Part shown: positions 1 to 8,576 of the stretch, piece by piece
How positions within the stretch are numbered: the first letter of the stretch is position 1
Layout of the letters: the number at the start of each line of letters is the position of its first letter
Program-made: the position numbers and the translations under genes
NCBI GenBank assembly: GCA_032595685.2
Contig: CP159373.1
Coordinates: 3,165,907-3,189,906 of the forward strand
Length of the DNA stretch: 24,000 nt
Source of the DNA: Candidatus Electrothrix aestuarii
GTDB lineage: Bacteria > Desulfobacterota > Desulfobulbia > Desulfobulbales > Desulfobulbaceae
Reading direction: 5' to 3'
Notes under the pieces: generated by a model
The model's input: the letters and a program-made list of their open reading frames with translations, nothing else
Told to the model about the DNA's origin: nothing
Databases searched by the model: none

Positions 1-574
1 TTTTCAGGAAATAAATCCACTCATCCAAGGTGTCTTTGGCAATATCATTGAACTTATTGACCTTGATCAGATAGTACTCCGGGAAAACCTCATAAAGCCT
101 GTCTTTTCCGTACAGCTCCTGTTGCTCATCGGAGAGCTGCAACAGGTCCTGTTCGTGCAGTCCTCGGAACGAGGTGGTGCCGTGATAGACATAGTCATCT
201 CCGTGCCCCAAGTCGAAGTAAAGGATATTGATAGAAATAACTTTGGTGACCTTCAAATACGGACTGCTTTCCTGAAGATGCTCTGTAATCACCTTGGAAG
301 TAGCGAAGAGTATCCTCTGGAGGTAATCAAACTCCCGTTCATACTGCACTTCAATGATGATTATTTCCTTTTTCTCATTTTTTACTTTGAGATCCACCCT
401 GTTGAACTTATCACGGGCCTCCTCTTTGTTACTCTCGCTTTCAAGGAGCTCCAGAATGCAGATGTCCTCCATGAGGAGTTCACTGAGGAATCCTTCCAGG
501 ATCTCGAAATTGGCCTTGCTCCGCAGGAGCTTTTTCATGGCCCAGTCAAAGCCGATCAGTTTTCTTTGCGACAT
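1..574 (-). CDS. Rpn-family / PD-(D/E)XK 'putative transposase or invertase' nuclease (PDDEXK_2, TIGR01784-like); the 3' end runs off the left edge
   Basis: Not in the ORF track because its stop lies outside the window. Hand translation of the minus strand from the ATG at 574-572 gives MSQRKLIGFDWAMKKLLRSKANFEILEGFLSELL...RVDLKVKNEKKEIIIIEVQYE...NKFNDIAKDTLDEWIYFLK. I read no stop through about 191 codons down to position 1, and re-verified the two ends codon by codon. The D...ExQ core and overall layout are typical of this family. The + strand ORFs 122..700 and 354..704 are antisense shadows of it. Confidence 0.7.
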   Translation of the reverse strand, partial: MSQRKLIGFDWAMKKLLRSKANFEILEGFLSELLMEDICILELLESESNKEEARDKFNRVDLKVKNEKKEIIIIEVQYEREFDYLQRILFATSKVITEHLQESSPYLKVTKVISINILYFDLGHGDDYVYHGTTSFRGLHEQDLLQLSDEQQELYGKDRLYEVFPEYYLIKVNKFNDIAKDTLDEWIYFLK

Positions 575-972
575 GATAGTCTTTGTCCTGCATCGGTTGA
601 TGACGCGAATTCATTTACTCATTGCAGGCATAATGCCATGCTTCCGAGGAGAACGCAATTGCCTGTGTGCCTTTTCGCTGTGCTTGTTCCGAAAAGATAA
701 CTAATCACAGGGGCTCTTCATGCGGTCTATTGATCAAGATGCATTTCGCGTGGCGGCCCAACCGTTGATATTGACCGTTTCAAGTGAATAAGCGGGATTT
801 ACATCCAACGCCTCTTGCTTGGAAATACTATATTGCTCGCGGGGCTGGGCTGACCAGTAATACCTCCATACAGTTATCATGGTAGTTTATGATGTTGCGA
901 TCAAACTTTCCAATGATAATCATGTGTTTGGTTATGTTAAAGCAGCCCCTTCCCTAAATCTGTAACAGTCAG

Positions 973-1007
973 AAAAAAAGCCCCTCCCGATTTTACTCGG
1001 GAGGGGC
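973..1007 (-). terminator. Rho-independent terminator downstream of the PFOR gene
   Basis: A 10-11 bp GC-rich stem (gcccctcccg at 980-989 pairs with cgggaggggc at 998-1007) with a 6-nt loop. On the minus strand it is followed by a T7 run (complement of 973-979). It lies about 50 nt after the PFOR stop. Confidence 0.8.
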
Positions 1008-1054
1008 TTTTCTCAGACTGCGTTAAACAGTCTATGGAATCAAGCAAAAAGCTC

Positions 1055-4000
1055 TTAGTCCTCAAGTGCCTTATGGCGACCCTGGAGGAATTTCCAGCTC
1101 TTGGTAACGTCTTTCTGAGAAGCTTCCATCAGAGCGTCAAACTGATCCGGGTTGGAGAGCTTGAGCATCCGGTAGCGGTTCTCGTTCAGAGCGTACTCAG
1201 AGAATGGGATGGTTGGCTCTTTGGAGTCGATGATCAGGGGATTCTTACCTTCATCTTCCAACTGCGGATTATAGCGATACAGCGGCCAGTGACCACAAGC
1301 TACCGCTTTCTTCTGCTGCTCCAGACCCATAGCCAGGTTCAGGCCGTGGTTGATGCAGTGTGCGTAGGCGATGATGATGGAAGGTCCGTCATAGGCCTCA
1401 GCCTCGTTGATGGCCTTAACAACCTGCTGAGGGTTGGCACCCAGAGCAATCTTGGCCACATATACGTTGCCGTAGGTGGAGAAGATCATACCCATATCTT
1501 TCTTAGGCATTTTTTTGCCACCAGCAGCGAACTGGGCCACAGCAGCACGCGGGGTGGATTTGGACATCTGTCCACCGGTGTTGGAGTACACCTCAGTGTC
1601 GAGTACTAACACGTTAATGTTTTCGCCTGAGGCCAGCACATGATCCAGTCCGCCGTAGCCGATATCATAGGCCCAACCGTCACCACCAAAGCACCAAACT
1701 GACTTCTTGACCAGATAATCAGCAACTGGTACCAGACGGGCAGCGGTTACGCTGTTGCTTCCGGCTAAAGCAGCCTTCAGTTCATCAACCCGAGCACGCT
1801 GTGCTTCGATTTCATCCTGTGTTTTCTGGTTTGCATCCAACAGAGAATCTGCCAGCTCTTTGCTGACCAGCCCTTCTTCAACAGCCAGTTCCAGCAGCTC
1901 TGCTGCCTGCAGACCCAGCTTGTTCACAGTCTGACGCATACCCAAGCCGTATTCAGCATTGTCCTCGAACAGGGAGTTAGACCAGGAAGGTCCGCGTCCG
2001 TCCTCGCGCTGACTGTACGGGGTTGTGGGCAGGTTACCGCCGTAGATGGAGGAACAACCGGTTGCATTGGCAACCATCAGACGATCACCGAAAAGCTGAG
2101 TAACCAGCTTGATGTACGGGGTCTCACCACAACCAGCACAGGCACCGGAGAACTCAAACAGAGCGCGCTTCAACTGGCTGCCCTTAACGGTCGCCGAATT
2201 GATCTGGCTATTGTCTACCTCAGGAAGTGCCATGAAGGTCTTCCAGTTTGCCAGGGAATCAGCCAGTACTTCGTCGGTATTGGTGATCATGGTCAGCGCA
2301 GACTCTTCTGTCTTGTTGCCCTCTGCATCTTTTTTCCGAGCAGGACAAGCGGTGGAGCACAGGGTACAACCTGCGCAGTCTGCGGTGGATATTTTCACCA
2401 TGAATTTCTTGCCAGCAAACTCTTTACCATTGGCATCTGCGGTGGTAAAGGTCTCGCCAGCTCCGGCAGCCTTGAGATTTTCCTCAGAGGCAACCTTGAT
2501 GCGGATACAACCGTGCGGGCAAACCAGAGAGCAACGTCCACACTGAATGCATGTTTCAGGATCCCATTCCGGTACTTTTACAGCAATATTCCGTTTTTCC
2601 CACTGGGTTGTGGCTGTCGGCCAGCGACCATCAGCAGGCATCTCAGAAACCTTGATTTCCTCGCCCTTACCCTCGATCATTTTGGCGGTGATCTCTTTGA
2701 CAAACTCAGGAGCCTCAGCAGGTACGGTCGGGGGCAGTTCGTGTCCGGTGATCTTGTCCGACAGAGCAACCTCAACGATGTTGTTGACTGCGGCATCAAC
2801 GGCGTCGTAGTTCATGTTAACGATCTTATCACCCTTCTTGCCGTAGGTCTTCTTGATCGCGGTCTTGATTGCGTCAATAGCCTCGTCTTTCTTGAGGATG
2901 CCGGAGATCAGGAAGAAAGCGGTCTGCATAATCATATTGATGCGTGCGCCCAGACCAATAGCCAGACCCAGCTTGATTGCATCGATGATATAGAATTTTG
3001 CTTTCTTATCGATCAGCTGCTGCTGTACCTTAGCTGGCAGGTGATCCCAAACCTGATCCTTATCATAGGTAGTAGTCAGCAGGAAAGTGCCGCCGTCTTC
3101 CAGGTTAGCCAGCATATCGTAGCTGTTCAGGAAGGTGAAATTATGGCAGGCAATGAAGCTGGCCTTGCTGATCAGGTACGGAGCAACAACCTGATTCTCA
3201 CCAAAACGGAGATGAGAAACAGTCATGGAACCGGATTTCTTGGAATCGTAAACAAAATAACCCTGAGCAGAGTTATCTGTCTCAGTACCGATGATCTTAA
3301 TGGTGTTCTTGTTGGCACCAACAGTACCGTCAGAACCCAGACCGTAGAACATGGCGCGGTAGACATCATCACCTTCGATGTTGAAGGCCTTGTCGTAGCT
3401 CAGAGAGCTGTGAGTCACATCGTCGTTAGGGCCAACGCAGAAATGGTTTTTCGGGGCTAGGGAAGCCATGTTGTCATACACAGACTTAACCATTGCCGGG
3501 CTGAATTCCGCAGAACCCAGACCGTAGCGACCATTCAGAATCATAGGGACAAACATCGTCGGATTGGCCTCAGCAGCCTCACCAATTGCAGCGCGAACAT
3601 CCAGGTACAGAGGATCTCCCGGAGCACCAGGCTCTTTGCAGCGATCCAATACCGTGATGCGCTCAACAGAAGAGGGCAGGGCGTTTACCATCGCCTTCAT
3701 ATCAAAGGGGCGGAACAGGCGAACAATAACCATACCCACCTTGCGTCCTTCAGCAACCAGATGGTCGATGGTGGCGGCCACGGTCTCGGCACCGGAACCC
3801 ATGATGACAACGACGTCGGTTGCATCAGGCGCACCGTAGTAATCAAAGAGGTGATACTGGCGACCGGTCAGGGCAGCAAATTTGTCCATTGTCTCCTGGA
3901 CAATACCTGGAACCGCGTTGTAATACTTATTAACCGTCTCACGACCGGTAAAGTAGACATCCGGGTTCTGGGCTGTACCAGACATAGAAGGACGATCCGG

Positions 4001-4627
4001 GGTCAGCGCGCGGGCGCGGTGCTCGGTGATCAGTTTTTCGTCGATCATCTCCAGCATGTCCTCATTGGTCAACTGCTCCATTTTCTGGATCTCGTGGGAG
4101 GTCCGGAAACCATCAAAGAAATGGAGGAAAGGAATTCTGGAAGCCAGAGTGGACTGGGTAGAGATCAGCGCCATATCCTGTGCTTCCTGAACGTTTTGTG
4201 AACAGAGCATGGACCAACCGGTCTGACGGGCACTCATGACATCGCCGTGGTCACCGAAGATCGATAGCCCCTGACAGGCAATGGAACGTGCTGTTACATG
4301 AAAAACTGTCGGGGTGAGCTCACCTGCCAGTTTGTACATATTAGGCAGCATCAGCAGCAGACCTTGGGACGCGGTAAAAGTGGTGCAGAGTGCGCCTGTG
4401 GCCAAAGAGCCATGCAGGGAGCCAGCAACACCACCCTCAGACTGCATCTGAGAGATGACCGGTACAGAACCCCAGATATTTTTCTGCTTCGCAGTGGCCT
4501 TGGCATCTGCCTCAGCCGCCATCGGTGAAGAAGGGGTAATGGGGTAGATGGTGATGACTTCACTGGTGGCGTAGGCAACATGTGTACAGGCCTGATTGCC
4601 GTCAATGGTGACCATTTTTCGCGACAT
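1055..4627 (-). CDS. nifJ: Pyruvate:ferredoxin (flavodoxin) oxidoreductase, single-chain PFOR
   Basis: 1190-aa ORF. It has two ferredoxin-type motifs (CIQCGRCSLVCP and CAGCTLCSTACP) and the TPP-binding block GGDGWAYDIGYGGLDH...LDTEVYSNTGGQ. The N-terminus VTIDGNQA..YPITPSSPM, the length and the domain order are characteristic of NifJ/YdbK-type PFOR. Confidence 0.97.
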   Translation of the reverse strand: MSRKMVTIDGNQACTHVAYATSEVITIYPITPSSPMAAEADAKATAKQKNIWGSVPVISQMQSEGGVAGSLHGSLATGALCTTFTASQGLLLMLPNMYKLAGELTPTVFHVTARSIACQGLSIFGDHGDVMSARQTGWSMLCSQNVQEAQDMALISTQSTLASRIPFLHFFDGFRTSHEIQKMEQLTNEDMLEMIDEKLITEHRARALTPDRPSMSGTAQNPDVYFTGRETVNKYYNAVPGIVQETMDKFAALTGRQYHLFDYYGAPDATDVVVIMGSGAETVAATIDHLVAEGRKVGMVIVRLFRPFDMKAMVNALPSSVERITVLDRCKEPGAPGDPLYLDVRAAIGEAAEANPTMFVPMILNGRYGLGSAEFSPAMVKSVYDNMASLAPKNHFCVGPNDDVTHSSLSYDKAFNIEGDDVYRAMFYGLGSDGTVGANKNTIKIIGTETDNSAQGYFVYDSKKSGSMTVSHLRFGENQVVAPYLISKASFIACHNFTFLNSYDMLANLEDGGTFLLTTTYDKDQVWDHLPAKVQQQLIDKKAKFYIIDAIKLGLAIGLGARINMIMQTAFFLISGILKKDEAIDAIKTAIKKTYGKKGDKIVNMNYDAVDAAVNNIVEVALSDKITGHELPPTVPAEAPEFVKEITAKMIEGKGEEIKVSEMPADGRWPTATTQWEKRNIAVKVPEWDPETCIQCGRCSLVCPHGCIRIKVASEENLKAAGAGETFTTADANGKEFAGKKFMVKISTADCAGCTLCSTACPARKKDAEGNKTEESALTMITNTDEVLADSLANWKTFMALPEVDNSQINSATVKGSQLKRALFEFSGACAGCGETPYIKLVTQLFGDRLMVANATGCSSIYGGNLPTTPYSQREDGRGPSWSNSLFEDNAEYGLGMRQTVNKLGLQAAELLELAVEEGLVSKELADSLLDANQKTQDEIEAQRARVDELKAALAGSNSVTAARLVPVADYLVKKSVWCFGGDGWAYDIGYGGLDHVLASGENINVLVLDTEVYSNTGGQMSKSTPRAAVAQFAAGGKKMPKKDMGMIFSTYGNVYVAKIALGANPQQVVKAINEAEAYDGPSIIIAYAHCINHGLNLAMGLEQQKKAVACGHWPLYRYNPQLEDEGKNPLIIDSKEPTIPFSEYALNENRYRMLKLSNPDQFDALMEASQKDVTKSWKFLQGRHKALED

Positions 4628-4694
4628 AAAAAATCTCCCTTAATCGTGAGGTTGACGTATTTCGGCGATGCAGCCGAAAAAAGAAAAAACTAAA

Positions 4695-4714
4695 AATAAA
4701 CAGTACTGTTTATT
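4695..4714. promoter_or_regulatory. Perfect 20-bp palindrome AATAAACAGTACTGTTTATT in the PFOR upstream region; candidate operator or AU-rich 5'-UTR hairpin
   Basis: Base-by-base check: 4695-4704 is the exact reverse complement of 4705-4714. It lies 68-87 nt upstream of the PFOR start codon at 4627, in the divergent PFOR/HAD intergenic region. Confidence 0.3.
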
Positions 4715-4965
4715 CGATAATGCAGTTTGTTGAGTATAAGACCCGGCCTCTATCATGCCTGTTGACAGGTTGCGCCAAGCAGGCGTCCATGATACAAAGT
4801 AGAGAATTCCTGGTAGGTTGGTGTACTTTGATGCCAAGAGACTGGGATGGAAAGTAATACTTCATAAAAGAACAATAATTTATCATTATAGAGCATTGTT
4901 TCCAATTATGCAAGGGTGAAAGCACGTCCATGGGCTTAGATATGCTTGAGCCAAGGGAAAGGTCT

Positions 4966-5592
4966 ATGCATCAGGCGATAATTTTTGATTTTGACGGCAC
5001 TATTGCTGACTCCTTTAATAGTTTTTTTGTTATCTGGAACAGGATAGCAGTTGAGAACGGCTATAGAGTTGTATCGGCAGAGGAAATTGAGGGCTTTCGG
5101 GGAAAAGAATCTCAGGATGTGGTGCGAGCTCTAAAGATTCCTTTCCTTAAGCTTCCCTTTGTTCTGCACCGTGCAAGAAAGGAATTCGGAAAAATCATAC
5201 CGGAAATTCCCCTGGTGGCGGGCATGAAAGAAACCTTGTTCGAGCTCCAGGCACAGGGGATTCAGCTCGGCCTGCTTACCTCTAATGCCTCGGAAAATGT
5301 ACAGGCCTTTTTTACTGTCCATCAACTGGATTGCTTTGATATTCTCTTTGCCTCTTCCGGGCTCTGGGGAAAGGCGAGACGCATCGAAAAAATCATTACC
5401 ATACATCAGCTTGAGAAAAAACAGGTGCTCTATGTCGGTGACGAAACCAGAGATATTGAGGCGGCACGGAAGGCCGGGGTGAGTATCGCCGCTGTGACCT
5501 GGGGATATAATAACGCAGAGGTTCTGAAGAATTTTTCACCGGACCATCTGATAAACCAGCCCCATGAACTTCTTTCGTTTATGGGGTTGTGA
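4966..5592 (+). CDS. HAD-superfamily hydrolase, subfamily IA (phosphoglycolate-phosphatase-like)
   Basis: HAD motif I IIFDFDGTIADS, motif II LLTSN and motif IV YVGDETRDIEAA. The ORF is open from 4930, with in-frame ATGs at 4930, 4942 and 4966. I prefer 4966 (MHQAIIFDFDGT) because ggaaagg precedes it and the DxD motif normally sits within about 10 residues of the N-terminus. Confidence 0.85.
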   Translation: MHQAIIFDFDGTIADSFNSFFVIWNRIAVENGYRVVSAEEIEGFRGKESQDVVRALKIPFLKLPFVLHRARKEFGKIIPEIPLVAGMKETLFELQAQGIQLGLLTSNASENVQAFFTVHQLDCFDILFASSGLWGKARRIEKIITIHQLEKKQVLYVGDETRDIEAARKAGVSIAAVTWGYNNAEVLKNFSPDHLINQPHELLSFMGL

Positions 5593-5617
5593 CAGAAAAG
5601 CCATCTTATCCATTCTA

Positions 5618-6373
5618 TTAGAGCAAGATTTCTGTAAGTACTAATCCTGTTGCGGCAAAGAGTAAGCTGACGGCCAGGAGCACGTCGCTTTTTTGCAGAC
5701 CATTTGTGTCATATAGACTATGAAATTCCCCCGAGAAACCACGTAACTCCATTGCTTGCTGGACTCGCGTCCCCCGATTCCAGCTCCGCACCAGCATCAT
5801 GCCCAACATATAACTATAGGTCCTGTAGGTATGGAGGTCGGTTTTCGGCTGAAAGCAGCGCAAGGTAGCTGCTCGCTGCAAACGAAAAAGCTCCTGCTGG
5901 ATGAGTGATATGTAGCGGTAAGAGAAAAGGAGCAGCAGGCAGAGCTTAGGAGAAAGGCGCAGTTGCTGAAGCCCGTGGCCAAGCTGGGCAGCTGTTGAGG
6001 TAGCCAGGAGGCTGATGAAAAGAAGAACAACCGCGTTGGATTTAACGGTGATCAGGAGGCCGAGAAAAAGACCTGTGCTGTTCAGAGTGATCCCAAGCAG
6101 TGAAAAGCTGTCTTCGCCGGTATAGGTCAGTGGCAGAATAAGACAGAGTAAGATATTGAAGCTGTTCACCAGGAGTAGACGGCGTAGGAGCATCTTCCAG
6201 GAAAGATGGGCTGCCAGGACGAGGATGCATGCGAGCAGAAAGCCAAGTAAACTGGTGGCCCAGCTCTGACTCAGGGCAATAATCAGACTGAGGATAGCAG
6301 TGCAGATCAGCTTCGCTCTGGGATCTGTCCGATGGAGAAATGAAGTGCCGTCACTGAATTGTTCAAAGGTCAT
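5618..6373 (-). CDS. cbiQ: ECF transporter transmembrane (T) component, CbiQ/NikQ family
   Basis: 251-aa polytopic membrane protein. It starts F..DGTSFLHR.DPR.K, as CbiQ/EcfT proteins do, has an arginine-rich C-terminal coupling region, and is the last gene of the M-L-K-Q cluster. Confidence 0.8.
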   Translation of the reverse strand: MTFEQFSDGTSFLHRTDPRAKLICTAILSLIIALSQSWATSLLGFLLACILVLAAHLSWKMLLRRLLLVNSFNILLCLILPLTYTGEDSFSLLGITLNSTGLFLGLLITVKSNAVVLLFISLLATSTAAQLGHGLQQLRLSPKLCLLLLFSYRYISLIQQELFRLQRAATLRCFQPKTDLHTYRTYSYMLGMMLVRSWNRGTRVQQAMELRGFSGEFHSLYDTNGLQKSDVLLAVSLLFAATGLVLTEILL

Positions 6374-6510
6374 ACGCTGCCAATAACGTTTTGCGGTGTG
6401 TCGCTGCTTGATGAGTTTTTTGAGAGGACTCTAGAAAAGAGTCTTGAGAGATCCCGCCCCCGAAAGGGCGGGCATGTAACTTCTCTTCCTGAACGATAAA
6501 CGAGGGGGGG

Positions 6511-7281
6511 CTATTTTTTATAGGAGTCCAGGTAAGTCCAAAGAACCGCACCCAGCTCTACTCCCTTCTCGTTTCCTTCAGGATCCTTGATGGTGTAGTC
6601 AGCTTCATTCAGTGCGGCAAATCCCCACCAGCCAGGCTGAGGGCAGGCAAAGGTGAAAACGCCGTTCTCATCAGCCTTAACTACCTGGGTGACATGGTAG
6701 TCGCTCGGTGCTTTGAATTTCTTGTCTTTATTGTACAGCTCAACCTCAACCTCAGCACCAGGAACCGGTTTTCCTTTTAGCAGAACCTGACCGGAAAAGC
6801 TATTGCCTGCATAATTACCAAAAGGACGGGTCAAGGGCACGATTTCTGTTGCTATACCAACTGGCTCGTCCCAGCCTTGGTCATCACCAAAGGCTGCGAT
6901 CAGGGTTTTGGTGTAGTGGATGATAGATACATCCTCAGCTGGCTCCCAGTAGGGAGTCGGTTCCATAACAAAGGTGTATACGCCAGGGCGTTTAATGGCC
7001 ACCTCAGTTGTCCAGGCAGCATGATCCATGACCTTGGACTCTTTGAGCGCAGGCAGCAGGTCGGTTTTCTTGTCGCCTGCCATCATGAAAAATGCCTTAG
7101 GTTTTACCAGATCCATGCCGATCATTTCAAAGGGATGGGAAAAAGAGAGGTCAAGTTCAACACTCTTCTTTTTAGGCTCCAGAATGTTCTCTGAAGGAAT
7201 AACCATTCCGAAATGGGCAAGGGCCTCACCTGTCATGCAGGCGAGAAAGAGTGCGGTTGCGGCAACAGCTTTGATCTTCAT
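6511..7281 (-). CDS. Periplasmic DUF4198 / COG5266 'CbiK'-type component of Ni/Co uptake systems (NikK-like)
   Basis: 256 aa. It has a Sec signal peptide (MKIKAVAATALFLACMTGEALA|HFGM), with the mature N-terminus HFGMVIPS typical of DUF4198 proteins. The body is beta-rich, and the gene lies between the M/L-like and Q genes. Confidence 0.7.
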   Translation of the reverse strand: MKIKAVAATALFLACMTGEALAHFGMVIPSENILEPKKKSVELDLSFSHPFEMIGMDLVKPKAFFMMAGDKKTDLLPALKESKVMDHAAWTTEVAIKRPGVYTFVMEPTPYWEPAEDVSIIHYTKTLIAAFGDDQGWDEPVGIATEIVPLTRPFGNYAGNSFSGQVLLKGKPVPGAEVEVELYNKDKKFKAPSDYHVTQVVKADENGVFTFACPQPGWWGFAALNEADYTIKDPEGNEKGVELGAVLWTYLDSYKK

Positions 7282-7362
7282 CGGTTGTACTCCTTTTTTT
7301 ACATCAGATATTATATTTGAGGATCAGAAAATACGATCCAGTTTTTTCCGACAGTGAATTTC

Positions 7363-7977
7363 TTATTCGGCTGTCGAGTTCTTCTTCTTTTTTTTGTTTG
7401 ATTGTATCCAGGCAAAGAGAGCGGCCAAGCCGATAATACAGCCGATCCCGCCGACAATATCACGTGGGCGTACTTTTTTTTCCCGTGCTTCAGCTAATTG
7501 TTGTTTTATGGGAGTCAGTTCCCTTGTTAATTCCTGCCGCACTATTTCCCGGACAGTTTTTACATCCAGTGTTCCTTGCTTTGCTTTGCTTTCTTCCACA
7601 GGAAAATTTGTGGAGGCATCCGGCAGAAGGTATTCATCTGCTGTGAGGAGCCATTCTCCACGGTGCCCGTCCCCTGAGTTTGCTATGATCCGTAGATCAG
7701 CTTTTTGTTCTATAGCCTTTTGGGGTGGCGGAAATTGGAATTTTCCTTCTCTATCTGTCTCTATTCTGAGAAGAAGCGTGTCTGATTGAGCATCCTGAAC
7801 CTGTATGGTTATATTCTTTGCCTTGCGTCCCCCACTGAAGAAAGCCTCACCATAGATCTGGTTACCTTCTGCCCAGGAAAATATGTTTAGTTTATGTGCC
7901 CGGGCTGGTGATGCTGTCAGCAGACTGAGCAGGCAGATGAGAACGACAAATATTCCATGAAGAGAAGGTCTCTTCAT
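7363..7977 (-). CDS. NikL-like auxiliary membrane protein: N-terminal signal/anchor, transthyretin/CarboxypepD_reg-like beta domain, C-terminal TM helix
   Basis: 204 aa. It has the signal LLSLLTASPARA|HK, the block ITIQVQDAQSDTLLLRIETDREGKFQF typical of the carboxypeptidase-regulatory-like fold, and a C-terminal helix IVGGIGCIIGLAALFAWI followed by a lysine run. Its start overlaps the stop of the upstream M gene (ATGA, 7974-7977), which suggests translational coupling. Confidence 0.6.
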   Translation of the reverse strand: MKRPSLHGIFVVLICLLSLLTASPARAHKLNIFSWAEGNQIYGEAFFSGGRKAKNITIQVQDAQSDTLLLRIETDREGKFQFPPPQKAIEQKADLRIIANSGDGHRGEWLLTADEYLLPDASTNFPVEESKAKQGTLDVKTVREIVRQELTRELTPIKQQLAEAREKKVRPRDIVGGIGCIIGLAALFAWIQSNKKKKKNSTAE

Positions 7978-8576
7978 GCGTACTTGAGGTGGAGGATTTC
8001 AGGCTGTACCTTGGCAAGGAAGCTGACCGTAAACATGGTAATACATCCCTCAATGATCATGATCGGGAGGTTTGCAGCAACAATAAGTTGGGCCGCTGTC
8101 ATGAAGCCTGTGTCTGTCAGGGCAAGAGCGCAGGAGGTCAGGAGTGAGGCCAAGAGGATAGCGAAAAAGCCTGCAAAAAAAGCAGCTAGAGAACGTGTTT
8201 TCGGGTTATCCATCCAAGGACGGGTGAGGTAGTAACAACAAAGGGCTGGGGCACCCATTGTTACTGTATTTACGCCAAGAACGGCAAATCCCCCGAATTG
8301 GAAAAACAGGGCTTGCAGAAAGAGGGCAACCAGGATTGCCGGAAAAGCTGCCCACCCGAGCATTACCCCAAGGAGGCCGATCAGCATCAAATGCACTGAA
8401 CCGGGACCGAGCGGTACATGAACAAGTCCAGCAACAAAAAAGGCTGAAGAAAGAAGAGCTACAGGCATGATCTCATCAATATCAATTTTTTTCAACCCAA
8501 TAACGGTACCTATTGCAGCTATAACGCCACCACTTATTAAAACTGGTGCGGAAAGAATGCCTTCTGAAATGTGCAT
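7974..8576 (-). CDS. cbiM: ECF-type Ni/Co transporter substrate-capture component, CbiM/NikM family
   Basis: The ORF is open from 8705, but the family signature MHISEGIL begins at the internal ATG at 8576. In CbiM/NikM the N-terminal Met-His takes part in metal binding, so the true start must be this Met. That gives a 200-aa polytopic membrane protein. Confidence 0.85.
   Translation of the reverse strand: MHISEGILSAPVLISGGVIAAIGTVIGLKKIDIDEIMPVALLSSAFFVAGLVHVPLGPGSVHLMLIGLLGVMLGWAAFPAILVALFLQALFFQFGGFAVLGVNTVTMGAPALCCYYLTRPWMDNPKTRSLAAFFAGFFAILLASLLTSCALALTDTGFMTAAQLIVAANLPIMIIEGCITMFTVSFLAKVQPEILHLKYA

Noticed and set aside
122-704. + strand ORFs 122..700 (192 aa) and 354..704 (116 aa)
   Set aside because: They lie antisense to the clearly recognisable Rpn-family gene on the minus strand (1-574). 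Their translations are low-complexity with no motifs. They are shadow ORFs.
1034-4605. Multiple ORFs overlapping the PFOR gene (for example 1034..1609+, 2513..3460+, 3761..4201+, 4351..4605-)
   Set aside because: All are nested in or antisense to a 1190-aa ORF with unmistakable PFOR motifs, and none has recognisable motifs. The same reasoning dismisses the nested or antisense ORFs inside cbiQ, the K-like and L-like genes, the response regulator, miaB, livG, livM and the AsmA-like gene.
7381-7400. T8 homopolymer (a lysine run at the C-terminus of the L-like protein) as a slipped-strand phase-variation site
   Set aside because: It lies in the last roughly 12 codons, after the C-terminal TM helix, so a frameshift would barely alter the protein. 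There is no evidence of variation from a single sequence.
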